Below, one piece after another: positions 51,240 to 64,000 of a DNA stretch of 64,000 nt (the first letter of the stretch is position 1; each line of letters opens with the position of its first letter). Source of the stretch: Octopus sinensis. Its lineage: Eukaryota. The notes beneath the pieces were generated by a model. That model had not been told where the DNA came from. It worked only from the letters and a program-made list of their open reading frames with translations, and did no database searches. The translations under genes and the position numbers were made by a program. Where the stretch lies: contig NC_043022.1 in the NCBI RefSeq assembly GCF_006345805.1, positions 14,260,001-14,324,000 of the forward strand, given 5' to 3'.

Positions 51240-51660
51240 TAGTCGGATCTTTTCGGTTTGAATGGCAGTTTTTATCTAGCGGTGTCATATGAAATTGTCA
51301 CCCATAATTATGACCCTGGTATCGATCTATTGCATTTCAATCTATTTTAGGGTTAGGGTTAGGGTATCTTTTTTTCTTCACAAATGTAAATAAACCCAAT
51401 CTGTTTCTTAAACGAGGGACATATTCATTCGGCACAGAATGTGTTTTTTTTACCTCAATAGACGTCAGTGATTGGTTGAAATTGCAGAAATTGAAGAAAA
51501 AAAACAACAAAAATCTTACAAACCATAGAATTTTCTCAATAAAGCCAAGAGAAAAAGATGTTTTATAAACACATTCTACCAGTATACGAAGTTTAAAATT
51601 TTTTAGTTACCTAGAAATTATGTTAAAAACTGCTGTTCAAACCGAAAAGATCCAATTAGT
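51240..51660. mobile_element. MITE with ~30-bp TIRs (GGATCTTTTCGGTTTGAA...) and an internal TTAGGG run
   Basis: Inverted termini at ~51244-51274 and ~51626-51655. A smaller TIR element (CTTCGGTATA..) with CCCTAA lies at ~50083-50240. Confidence 0.65.
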
Positions 51661-52400
51661 CAATAGAGTATATATTATTCACATAAAATGTACAATTTGT
51701 ATATATATATATAACTCTGAGCACCTTTTCAAATGCCACCTGTCTACCACCTGTGAACATGTTTACAAAGTCAGAAAACAGCACAGCTCCTTCTATGACT
51801 TTCAGAAACATTTTTTTTTTCCCGCTAACAGTTGCTGAAGTATGGAACAACTGCCAGCATCAGTTGTTAGTTGTCGGAGCACTGCATCCTTTAAAACTTC
51901 CGTGCTTCCAGAGATTGGACAACACTACACCTGATCTTCTCCCCTCCATACACACGCTGAAGTATGGAACAAACTGCCGGCATCAGTTGTTAGTTGTCGG
52001 AGCACTGCATCCTTTAAAACTTCCGTGATTCCAGAGATTGGACAACACTACACCTGATCTTCTCTTCCCCTCCATACACACGCTGAAGTATGGAACAAAC
52101 TGCCGGCATCAGTTGTTAGTTGTCGGAGCACTGCATCCTTTAAAACTTCCGTGCTTCCAGAGATTGGACAACACTACACCTGATCTTCTCTTCCCCTCCA
52201 TACACACGCTGAAGTATGGAACAAACTGCCGGCATCAGTTGTTAGTTGTCGGAGCACTGCATCCTTTAAAACTTCCGTGCTTCCAGAGATTGGACAACAC
52301 TACACCTGATTTTCTCTTCCCCTCCATACACATGCAAGCATCTATCTGACTCATACACTGTTCACTTCCCAGACATTACTGCATATGCTTTATATGCACT
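51650..52400 (+). mobile_element. CR1-clade LINE 3' end with a ~125-bp internal tandem amplification (x4)
   Basis: Frameshifted HxYKVRKQHS...HFF...VAEVWNxLPASVVSC..SFK C-terminus; unit starts at ~51838, 51960, 52086 and 52212. Confidence 0.75.
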
Positions 52401-53541
52401 TTTGATAAGTTGCGGTGCACCTGAGCAGAGGCAAGTGAAAATCAAAATCAAAATCGATCAACATCAATGGAAATTGTAGCTGTGATACCAGTGCCGGTGG
52501 TGCGTAAAAGAACCGTCCGAACGTGGCCATTGCCAGCACCGCCCGACTGGCCTCCGTGCCGGTGGCACGTAAAAAGCACCATCCGATTATGGCCGTTGCC
52601 AGCCTTGCCTGGCCCCCGTGCTGGTGGCATGTAAAATGCACCATGTGATAGTGGCCGTTTGCCAGACTCGTCTGGCACCTGTGTTGGTGGCACGTAAAAA
52701 GCACCCACTACACTCACAGAGTTGTTGGCGTTAGGAAGGGCATCCAGCCGTAGAAACACTGCCAGATCAAACTGGGCCTGATGCAGCCTCTTGGCTTCCC
52801 AGACCCCAGTTGAACCCTCCAACCCATGCTATCATAGAAAGCGGACACTAAATGATGATGATGATGACAAATAAAGGGATTAAGTCGATTACATCGACTC
52901 CAGCGTGTAACTGGTACTTTATTTATCGACCTCGAAAGGATTAAAGGCAAAGTCGACCTAGGCGGAATTTGAACTTGAACTCAGAACGTACCGGCAGACG
53001 AAATACAGCTACGCATTTCACCCGGGCGTGCTAACGGTTCTGCCAGCTTGCCTATATCATCATCATCATCATTTAACGTCCGCTTTCCATGCTAGCATGG
53101 GTTGGACGGTTCAACTGGGCTCTGGGGAGCCCGAAGGCTGCACCAGGCCAGTCAGATCTGGCAGTGTTTCTACAGCTGGATGCCCTTCCTAACGCCAACC
53201 ACTCCGAGAGTGTAGTGGGTGATTTTATGTGCCACCGACACAGGTGCCAGACGAGGCTGGCGAACGGCCACGCTCGGATGGTGTTTTTATGTGCCACCGA
53301 CACAAGGGCCAGATGAGGCTGGCGAACGGCCACGATCGGATGGTGTTGTTACGTGCCCACAGCACGGAGGCAGTCGATGCGGTACTGGCTACGGCCACGT
53401 TCGGATGGTTTTCTTGTGTGCCACCGGCACTGGTACCACAAAGATACAAATCCATTGATGTTCATCTATTTTGATTTGGTTGATTTTCACTGCCTCAACA
53501 GGTCTTCACAAGTGTCACAACACTTGCCTCAACAGGTCTTC

Positions 53542-53647
<106 letters not shown>

Positions 53648-54809
53648 TAAATATATAATATATATGTAGGTCCGGGTTGAGTCGCGGTTAACCACAGTAA
53701 ATAAGGTACTCACTATAAAATAAACATATATATATAATCTATATATATATATTAATATATATATATATATATAACATATATACATATATACATATATATA
53801 TATATTACAATATATATAACCCATGCTAGCATGGAAAACGGATGCTAAACGATGATGATGATGATATATATATATATATATGTATATATTTGTGTGTCCA
53901 TGTTTGTCTCCCCACCCCCATCGCTTGACAACCGATGTTGGTGTGTTTATGTCACCGTAACTTAGCGGTTCGGCATAAGAGATCAATAAATTAAGTACTA
54001 GGCATACAAAGAATAAGTCCAAGGGTCAATTTGTTTGACTAAAGGTAGTGCTCCAGCATGGCTGCAATCTGAAACAAATAAAATAAAAAAATAAAAACAT
54101 TTCGAACTTTAGGTCTCACTGAGAAAATGACTAGAGACCGAGACCTCTGGAAGTGTGCTGTGCGCGAGAAGACCCGGCAGGACAAGTGAGTCCATAACCC
54201 GTGGCCTTCTACATGGGATGGAGCCAGCCTACGTATGCATACCTTCCTTCTTGGGACACAAAACTCTACTTGTGAAGAAGTGATGAGGCAAGTGAGGATC
54301 AGAATCGAAATCGATCAATGGAATTGCGGATGTGCTACCAGTGCCGGTGGCATGTCAAAACTCTGCTTGTGAAGACCCGTTGAGGCAAGTGACGATCAAA
54401 ATCGAATCGATCAATGGAAATCGATCAATGGAAATTGCAGATGTGTTACCAGTGCCGGTGGGATGTAAGAGAACTTTCCGTTTCGCGACCGTTGCCAGCA
54501 CCACCCCGTTTCGTGTCCGTTGCCAGTATGGCTGGCCCTCGTGCTGGTGGCACATAAAAAGCACCATCCGTTCGTGGCCGTTTGCCAGCTCTGTCTGGCA
54601 CCAGTGCGGGGGTGGCACGTAAAAAGCACCACTACACTCACGGAGTGGTTGGCTGTTAGGAAGGGCATCCAGCCGTAGAAACACTGCCAGATTTGACTGG
54701 GCCTGATGAAGCCTTCTGCTTCACAGACCCCAGTAGAACCGTCCAACCCATGCTAGCATGGAAGCGGACGCTAAACGATGATGATGATGATGATGATGAT
54801 ATTGTAATG

Positions 54810-54851
<42 letters not shown>

Positions 54852-54998
54852 ACATGGAGTGTCTGGTCACTTTAAGTTGCAAATCACAGCAAGCGGAAAT
54901 GGCATGTGTGTATATACGTATGTGTGCATATATATATGTATATTTAAGTAGGTGAATGAATATCCTAATATGGAAAATTCGTTCGACTCCATTCTTTC

Positions 54999-55053
<55 letters not shown>

Positions 55054-56018
55054 TATGTATGTATGTATGTATATGTATGTATATATATGTATATATATGT
55101 GTGTATATATATATATGTATATATATATGTATATATATATACATATATATATGTATATATGTATATTATATATAGATATATGTATATATGTATATATTAT
55201 ATATATATATATACATATATATATATGTATATATGTATATATATATAGATATATGTATATATGTATATATATGTATATATATATATATATAATATATATA
55301 TATATATGTGTGTATTTTGTGGTGTAGGAACGCTCTTGTTCTCTCTATATATATATATATAGATAGAGAAAGAGAGAGGGAGTATATGTGTGAGAATGTT
55401 CTTGTTCTCTTTCTCTCTCTCTCTTTCTCTCTCTTGTGCATATATATCATCATCATCATCATCATCGTTCAATGTCCGCCTTCCATGGCTGGGACGGTTT
55501 GACAGGAGCCAGCCAGAGAGAAGCCTGCACCAGGCTTCTGTAACAGTTTTGGCAGGATTTCTTCTGTTCGATGCCCCTCCTGACACCAACCACTCAGCAG
55601 GGCCGGGGGAGCTAGTGCTTTTCATGTGGCTCAGCAGAAGCAAGGTTTTTTTTCTAATGGATGCCCTTCCAAATGCTAACCACTTTACAGTGTTGACTGG
55701 GTGCTCTTTAAGTGGCACCTGCACTGACAGGGTCACCAAGTTCTTGCAGGACCAAAAAAATAAAACCTTCAAGAGGGGAGGGGGCATTGGAGGAGGTGAT
55801 CTTGTGTCGCATGATGAAAGGTTATACAGGTGTCTTGCTGTACAGGAAGTACAAAGTTACCTGGCCGCGGAGAGAGAGAGAGAGAGAGATCAGGAATGAA
55901 GACAGATACAGGTGCGCTGTCGAAAACGACATACATGGTTACCCAACCCGTGAGAAGTGCAGGAGAAGGAGAGAGTGAGAGTGGGAGACAGCAGGATAGA
56001 GATGGTGGCATATGTATG

Positions 56019-56060
<42 letters not shown>

Positions 56061-56754
56061 TATATATATAATGGAGGAGTGGCTGTGTGGTAAGTAGCTT
56101 GCTAACCAACCACATGGTTCTGGGTTCAGTCCCACTGCGTGGCATCTGGGCAAGTGTCTTCTGCTATAGCCCCGGGCCGACCAATGCCTTGTGAGTGGAT
56201 TTGGTAGACGGAAAAAAGAAAAGCCTGTCGTTTATGTATATATATACATGCGTTTGTTGTGTCTGTGTTTGTCCCCCTAGCATTGCTTGACAACCGATGC
56301 TGATGTGTTTATGTTCCCGTTACTTAGCGGTTCGGCAAAAGAGACCGATAGAATAAGTACTGGGCTTGCAAATAATAAGTCCCGGGGTCGATTTGCTCGA
56401 CTAAAGGCGGTGCTCCAGCATGGCCACACTCAGATGACTGAAACAAGTAAAGAGAGTAAAAGAGTGTATATATATATATAGATAAAACTTACTTGGAAAC
56501 GGATGCGTGGCGTTCGATCATATAATAACAAATTAATATATAAACATATGCATATATACATACATATATGTACATACCTACATCTATATGTATATATACA
56601 TGCATATATGGGTACAGGGCACAAAAAAAAAACGTTGAACGCAATGAGAAACGAAAACATAAAAACAAAAACATGGAAACAAACTTTAATTTTTCAAACA
56701 ACAAAAAAACAGGGTACAAGACATACAACACAAGGAATATTCCCCTTCTGTTAT

Positions 56755-56796
<42 letters not shown>

Positions 56797-57495
56797 TACA
56801 ATGCCATTTATATATATATATATATATATATAATCGAAATAAGCAACAAGAATGACTCCGGTAATTTGGTACGATCGTTTCGTACTACATCATTTTATTT
56901 GTGTCATTCTTGTTGCTTATTTTGATTATAGTCACCCCACGGATTTTTATGGATAACACCATACAGAATTCTGGTGCATCTAAATTAAGTACCATATTCA
57001 TTTGAATCTAAATTTTTGCTGAAAAAAATAAAATATATATATATATATATATCTATATCATTAATTAAATATATTCTGATAGAATACTATACACTAAATT
57101 TATAATGAGTACCCTTTGTATAAAATGTCAACCGATGGTGGAGACTGATAGAATAAGTACTAGGCTTACAAAGAATAAGTCCTAGGGCTGATTTACTCGA
57201 CTAAAGGCGGTGCTCCAGCATGGCCACAGTCAAATGACTGAAACGAGTAAAAATGTAAGTATGAATCATTCGTTTTATTATTTAATCATTCATCTACGGC
57301 AGTGGCTAAATAATATTCTTAAGGCTGCAATTTACTCCCACGCAGCATCTCTTCAGAGCTTTATTGCTAATTCAGTTCTTAACCAAATGGAAAACCATGA
57401 ACATTTTTGAAGAGGACAGGTCCCTAGCTATAATTTGGTAAAAAATTTAGATTTGGTCCAGAAGGAAAAAAGTCTACATCAAAATTCGGAGAGAC

Positions 57496-58330
57496 ATTAT
57501 AGCCTTGGGCTGATCAAAGCCTTCTGAGTGGATTTGGTAGAAGGAAACTGAAAGAAGCCTGTCATATATATACATATATATATGTGTCTGTGTGTGTGTT
57601 TGTCCTCTGTCCAGAAGAAAAGAAGTCTACATCAAAATTTGAAGTGACATTATAGCCTTGGGCTGATCAAAGCCTTCTGAGTGGATTTGGTAGAAGGAAA
57701 CTGAAAGAAGCCTGTCATATATATACATATATTATGTGTCTGTGTGTGTTTGTCCTCTGTCCAGAAGAAAAGAAGTCTACATCAAAATTTGAAGTGACAT
57801 TATAGCCTTGGGCTGATCAAAGCCTTCTGAGTGGATTTGGTAGAAGGAAACTGAAAGAAGCCTGTCATATATATACATATATATATGTGTCTGTGTGTGT
57901 GTTTGTCCTCTGTCCAGAAGAAAAGAAGTCTACATCAAAATTTGAAGTGACATTATAGCCTTGGGCTGATCAAAGCCTTCTGAGTGGATTTGGTAGAAGG
58001 AAACTGAAAGAAGCCTGTCATATATATACATATATATATGTGTCTGTGTGTGTGTTTGTCCTCTGTCCAGAAGAAAAGAAGTCTACATCAAAATTTGAAG
58101 TGACATTATAGCCTTGGGCTGATCAAAGCCTTCTGAGTGGATTTGGTAGAAGGAAACTGAAAGAAGCCTGTCATATATATACATATATATATGTGTCTGT
58201 GTGTGTGTTTGTCCTCTGTCCAGAAGAAAAGAAGTCTACATCAAAATTTGAAGTGACATTATAGCCTTGGGCTGATCAAAGCCTTCTGAGTGGATTTGGT
58301 AGACAGAAACTGAGAGAAGCCTGACATATA
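57496..58330 (+). repeat. ~152-bp tandem array (6 units) derived from SINE family A
   Basis: Units start at ~57496, 57649, 57799, 57951, 58104 and 58258; the last unit continues into the SINE 3' half. Confidence 0.92.
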
Positions 58331-59635
58331 TATATATGTGTGCGTTTGTCCTCTCTCCATCACTTGACAACTGATGTTAGTGTGTTTACGTCCCCGTAAC
58401 GTATCAATTCAGCAAAAGAGATCAATAGAATAAGTACTAGGCTTACAAAGAATAAGTCCTGGGGTCAATTTGTTCGACTAAAGGTACTGCTCCAGTATGG
58501 CCGTAGTCAAATAACTGAAACAGGTAAAAGAGTAAATATATATATATATATATTATATATATATAATATATATATATATTTCTTTTATTCTTTTACAGGT
58601 TTCAGTCATTTGACTGCGGCCATACTGGAGCACCACCATTAGTCTTATTTCCTTTGAAAACTAGTACTTATTCTATCAGTCTTTTTTGCTGAACTGCTAA
58701 GTTACAGGGACGTAAACACACCAACATTGGTTGTCAAGCAATGGAGGGGAGACAAACACAGACACACACAAATACATACATACTTACATACATACATATG
58801 TATATGATTATATATATATATATATATAGATAGATATATATATATATATATATATATTATAGATATATACGATGGCTTTTTTCATTTTCCGTCTAGCAAA
58901 TCCACTCAGAAGTCTTTGGACGGCCCAAAGCTATAGAAGACACTTGCCTAAGGTGCCACGCAGTGGGACTGAACCCGGAACCATGTGGTTTGTAAGCAAG
59001 CTACTTACCACACAGCCACTCCTGCTGTATATATTATATATATATATAATGGAGCAGTGGCTGTGTGGTAAGTAGCTTGTTTAACAACCACATGGTTCCG
59101 GGTTCAGACCCACTGCGTGACACCTTGGGCAAGTGTCTTCTACTATAGCCTCGGGCCGACCAATGCCTTGTGAGTGGATTTGGAAGACGGAAACTGAAAG
59201 AAGCCCGTCGTATATATGTGTATATATATATATATATATGCGTGTGTGTGTTCGTGTGTCTGTGTTTGTCCCCCTAGCATTGCTTGACAACCGATGCTAG
59301 TGTGTTTATGTCCCTGTTACTTAGCAGTTCGGCAAAATAGACCGATAGAATAAGTACTGGGCTTACAAAAGAATAAGTCCCGGGGTCGAGTTGCTCGATT
59401 AAAGGCGGTGCTCCAGCATGGCCGCAGTCAAATGACTGAAACAAATAAAAGAGTATATATATATATATATTATATATATATAAGAGAGAGAGAGGAGAGA
59501 GACAGACAGAGATATTCGTAACGTCTATCTCTCTCTCTCTCTCTCTCACAACATACATTGTGTGGATGAAAAAGTTACGAAATATGTATTTTTGAAAAAG
59601 TTTTAATGGAATCTAGAAACATTTTCATCAATAAC

Positions 59636-59667
<32 letters not shown>

Positions 59668-62617
59668 CCCCACACGTGTGTGTGAGAGAGAAAATGGAAA
59701 CAGTAATGACACTTGTAGCATTTATCAAATAAATAACAGCACACACACACACACACGATCATTAAGTATTTAATTAGATGACTCTTTTCATATGACAAAC
59801 AGAATGAGTCACTATCGTCTGCTTTTTAATGGCTGACGCACACAAACCATAATCTCTCTCTCTCTCATATCCTGCCTCCTTCTCTCTCTCTCTCTCTCTC
59901 TCTCTCATATCCTGCCTCCTTCTCTCTCTCTCTCTCATATCCTGCCTCCTTCTCCTTCTCTCTCTCTCTCTCTGCCTAACTCTCTCCCTCTCCCCTCTCT
60001 CTTTTCTATCTCTCTGATACTCTGCCTCCTTTCTCTCTCTGCCTAGCTTTCTCCCCTTCCCTGTTTCCTTCTCTCTCTTACCCGGGGTCGATCTGTTCGA
60101 CTAAAGGCGGTGCTCCAGCATGGCCGCAGTCGAATGACTGAAACAAGTAAAAGAGTCAAAGAAATATATATTTTTAATCTCTTCTGCTCATTCACTCGGA
60201 TCTCAAACCTGTTGCTCCTCATTTACTTCTCTCTCTCTCTCTCTCTCTCTCTGTCTAGCTTTCTCCCTCTTCTCTGTCACCATCTCTCAGACTACTTCTC
60301 TCTCTTTCTCTGTTTATTTAGCTCTCTCTCTCCTTCTCTCTCTATCTTCTCTGTCTCTCTGTCACCCAGCCTCTGTTCTCTATTTGCCTCTCTCTCTTTC
60401 TGTGTTACCCTGCCTCCTTCCCTCTCTATTTCCCTCCTTCTCTCTGCCTACTCCCTCTCTCTGTTACCCTACATCCTTTCTCTCTCTCTCTGTGCCTAAC
60501 TCTCTTCCTCTCCCCTCTCTCTTGTTTCTTTTTCTGGTTCCCTCTCTCTGTTTCCCTGCCTATTTTCTCTCTCTGCCTAGCTTTCTCCCCCTCCGTATGT
60601 TTTCCTCTCTTTCTCTCTGGACACCTCTCTCTTTGTCTGTCTTTCTCTCTTATCCTGCTTCCTTCACTCTCTAAGTGGTGGTGGGGGACAAATGCACAAA
60701 GACACACAGATGTGTGTGTGCAATGGGCTTCGAGCGTAATTTTAAAAAAAGAATGCTTTCAATTAAGCAGTTGTGGTCAAGGGGAAGTAACTTCATCTTT
60801 CAGGGGAGGTAATTTTGACAAACGAAAAATAAAATAATAATAATAAAAGTAATAATAATATTAATAATGATAATTAATTCGTTTATTAGCCACAAGGTCT
60901 GACAAAAATTAATTATAACATAAAGGGACAAATCACAGGACGAAAGTTACAAAGGGTTTTTGTTTGTTTGAAGATCTGTGTAAAAAAAAACAGTAAAACC
61001 TACAAAAATATTTAACAATGAAAAAACCTCCAAAAACCTGGGCACTTGGAAAGGTTACTCGTGGAGAAACCCATAAAAGCCACGGGAGCCTAAGTTAAGT
61101 TTAGTTTATTTTTTGGCTCAAAAAGCAAAAAGCAAGGCCATGTAGGGGGGACATGGAGTTATGTATAGGGAGGGTGTTCATTCAAAGTGTTTAGGCCAAT
61201 CTGGTCAAGAGAGGCTTTGAACCGAGTGGTCATCAGTAAGCCTGGTCAAAAGGAGGGTAGAGAGTCCCTTTCTCCTTTTATATTTCCTTTTTTTTTTACG
61301 GGTGTATCCTCAAAATTGGTCCGTTCATACCCTCCTTTTGACCAGGCTCCCCCCAACCCTATTGGGACGTTTTCCATTGTTAAATACTTTCGTTGGTTTT
61401 ACTGGTTTTTTTACACGGATCTTCAAACGGACAAAAACCCTTTGTAACTTACGTCCTGTGTTTTGTCCCTTTATGTTATAATTAAATTTTGTCAGCCCTT
61501 GTGGCTAATAAACGAATTAATTACCATTATTGTTATTATTATTATCCTTATTATTATTATTTCATTTTGCTTTTGTCAGAATTACCTCCCCTGAAAGATG
61601 AAGTTACTTCCCCTTGACCACAACTATTTAATTGAAAGCATAACTTTAAATTATGCTCGAAGCCCATTGCACACACACACACACACACACACATGTGTGT
61701 GTCCTTGTGCATTCGTCCCCCACCACCACTCAGAGAGAGAAGGAGGCAGGATAAGAGAGAGAGACAGACAAAGAGAGAGGTGTCCAGAGAGAACGAGAGG
61801 AAAACATAGGAAGGGGGAGAAAGCTAGGCAGAGAGAGAAAGGAGGCAGGGAAACAGAGAGAGAGAGAGAGAAAAAAGAGAGAGGGAGAGAGTTAAGCAGA
61901 GAGAGAGAGAGAGAGAGAGACAGCGTTTTCCAGAGGGAGAGAGACAGAAGAAGATAGAGAGAGAGAGCTAGAAAGACAGAGAGAGAGAGAAGTAGTCTGA
62001 GAGATGGTGACAGAGAAGAGGGAGAAAGCTAGACAGAGAGAGAGAGAGAGAGAGAGAGAAGTAAATGAGGAGCAACAGGTTTGAGATCCGAGTGAATGAG
62101 CAGAAGAGATTAAAAATATATATTTCTTTGACTCTTTTACTTGTTTCAGTCATTCGACTGCGGCCATGCTGGAGCACCGCCTTTAGTCGAACAGATCGAC
62201 CCCGGGTAAGAGAGAGAGGGAAACAGGGAAGGGGAGAAAGCTAGGCAGAGAGAGAAAGGAGGCAGAGTATCAGAGAGATAGAAAAGAGAGAGGGGAGAGG
62301 GAGAGAGTTAGGCAGAGAGAGAGAGAGAGAGAGAAGGAGGCAGGATATGAGAGAGAGAGAGAGAAGGAGGCAGGATATGAGAGAGAGAGAGAGAGAGAGA
62401 GAGAAGGAGGCAGGATATGAGAGAGAGAGAGATTATGGTTTGCGTGCGTCAGCCATTAAAAAGCAGACGATAGTGACTCATTCTGTTTGTCATATGAAAA
62501 GAGTCATCTAATTAAATACTTAATGATCGTGTGTGTGTGTGTGTGCTGTTATTTATTTGATAAATGCTACAAGTGTCATTACTGTTTCCATTTTCTCTCT
62601 CACACACACGTGTGGGG

Positions 62618-62669
<52 letters not shown>

Positions 62670-62820
62670 TGTGTGTGTGTGTGTGTGGTTATTGATGAAA
62701 ATGTTTCTAGATTCCATTAAAACTTTTTCAAAAATACATATTTCGTAACTTTTTCATCCACACAATGTATTTGTAGAGAGAGAGAGAGAGAGAGATAGAC
62801 GTTACGAATATCTCTGTCTG

Positions 62821-62864
<44 letters not shown>

Positions 62865-63699
62865 CTCTTTTTACTCTTTTATTTGTTTCAGTCATTTGAC
62901 TGCGGCCATGCTGGAGCACCGCCTTTAATCGAGCAACTCGACCCCGGGACTTATTCTTTTGTAAGCCCAGTACTTATTCTATCGGTCTCTTTTGCCGAAC
63001 TGCTAAGTAACAGGGACATAAACACACTAGCATCGGTTGTCAAGCAATGCTAGGGGGACAAACACAGACACACGAACACACACACGCATATATATATATA
63101 TATATACACATATATTGAACGGGCTTCTTTCAGTTTCCGTCTTCCAAATCCACTCACAAGGCATTGGTCGGCCCGAGGCTATAGTAGAAGACACTTGCCC
63201 AAGGGGTCACGCAGTGGGACTGAACCCGGAACCATGTGGTTGGTAAAAAAGCTACTTACCACACAGCCACTCCTCCATTATATATATATATAATATATAC
63301 AGCAGGAGTGGCTGTGTGGTAAGTAGCTTGCTTACAAACCACATGGTTCCGGGTTCAGTCCCACTGCGTGGCACCTTGGGCAAGTGTCTTCTATAGCTTT
63401 GGGCCGACCAAAGACTTCTGAGTGGATTTGCTAGACGGAAAATGAAAAAAGCCCATCGTATATATATATATATATATATACATATGTATGTATGTAAGTA
63501 TGTATGTATTTGTGTGTGTCTGTGTTTGTCTCCCCTCCATTGCTTGACAACCAATGTTGGTGTGTTTACGTCCCTGTAACTTAGCAGTTCAGCAAAAATG
63601 ACTGATAGAATAAGTACTAGTTTTCAAAGGAAATAAGACTAAAGGTGGTGCTCCAGCATGGCCGCAGTCAAATGACTGAAACCTGTAAAAGAATAAAAG

Positions 63700-63740
<41 letters not shown>

Positions 63741-64000
63741 TACTCTTTTACCTGTTTCAGTTATTTGACTACGGCCATACTGGAGCAGTACCTTTAGTCG
63801 AACAAATTGACCCCAGGACTTATTCTTTGTAAGCCTAGTACTTATTCTATTGATCTCTTTTGCTGAATTGATACGTTACGGGGACGTAAACACATTAACA
63901 TCAGTTGTCAAGTGATGGAGAGAGGACAAACACACATATATATATATATGTCAGGCTTCTCTCAGTTTCCTTCTACCAAATCCACTCAGAAGGCTTTGAT
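58270..64000. repeat. Large inverted duplication: arms ~58270-61022 and ~61373-64000+, spacer ~350 bp
   Basis: Mirror-image ORFs in the track (59081-59290 - / 63037-63246 +; 60110+ / 61968-62177 -). The window end is the reverse complement of ~58280-58325. Confidence 0.93.

Noticed and set aside
51345-51365. TTAGGG runs as telomere or interstitial telomere (also CCCTAA at ~50150)
   Set aside because: There are only 2-3 units, and they lie inside TIR-bounded MITEs.

Overview
AT-rich, repeat-dense eukaryotic (metazoan) DNA. The SINE/LINE/microsatellite make-up looks like an octopus or other coleoid cephalopod genome; this is an inference from recognised repeat families, not a database result. 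Almost all ORFs in the supplied track are microsatellite or repeat artefacts. Hidden among the repeats is an 11-exon plus-strand gene (5758-43989) that I assembled by hand from splice signals. Its intron phases are consistent at every junction, provided one donor is read as non-canonical GG instead of GT. It encodes a ~518-aa type I membrane protein: signal peptide, four tandem ~100-aa beta-rich repeats each encoded by a 1-0/0-1 exon pair, one TM helix and a tyrosine-motif-rich tail. An LRAT/PLAAT-family (permuted NlpC/P60) exon lies at 48.5-48.9 kb. The rest is RTE, RTE-X-like, Tx1/L1, CR1 and Penelope retroelement fragments (several with hammerhead ribozyme motifs), Tc1 and mariner relics, Helitrons, TTAA-flanked MITEs, three SINE families, tandem arrays, and a >=2.6-kb-arm inverted duplication at the right end. 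No rRNA, genuine tRNA or CRISPR array was found. Repeat boundaries are approximate (read by eye).
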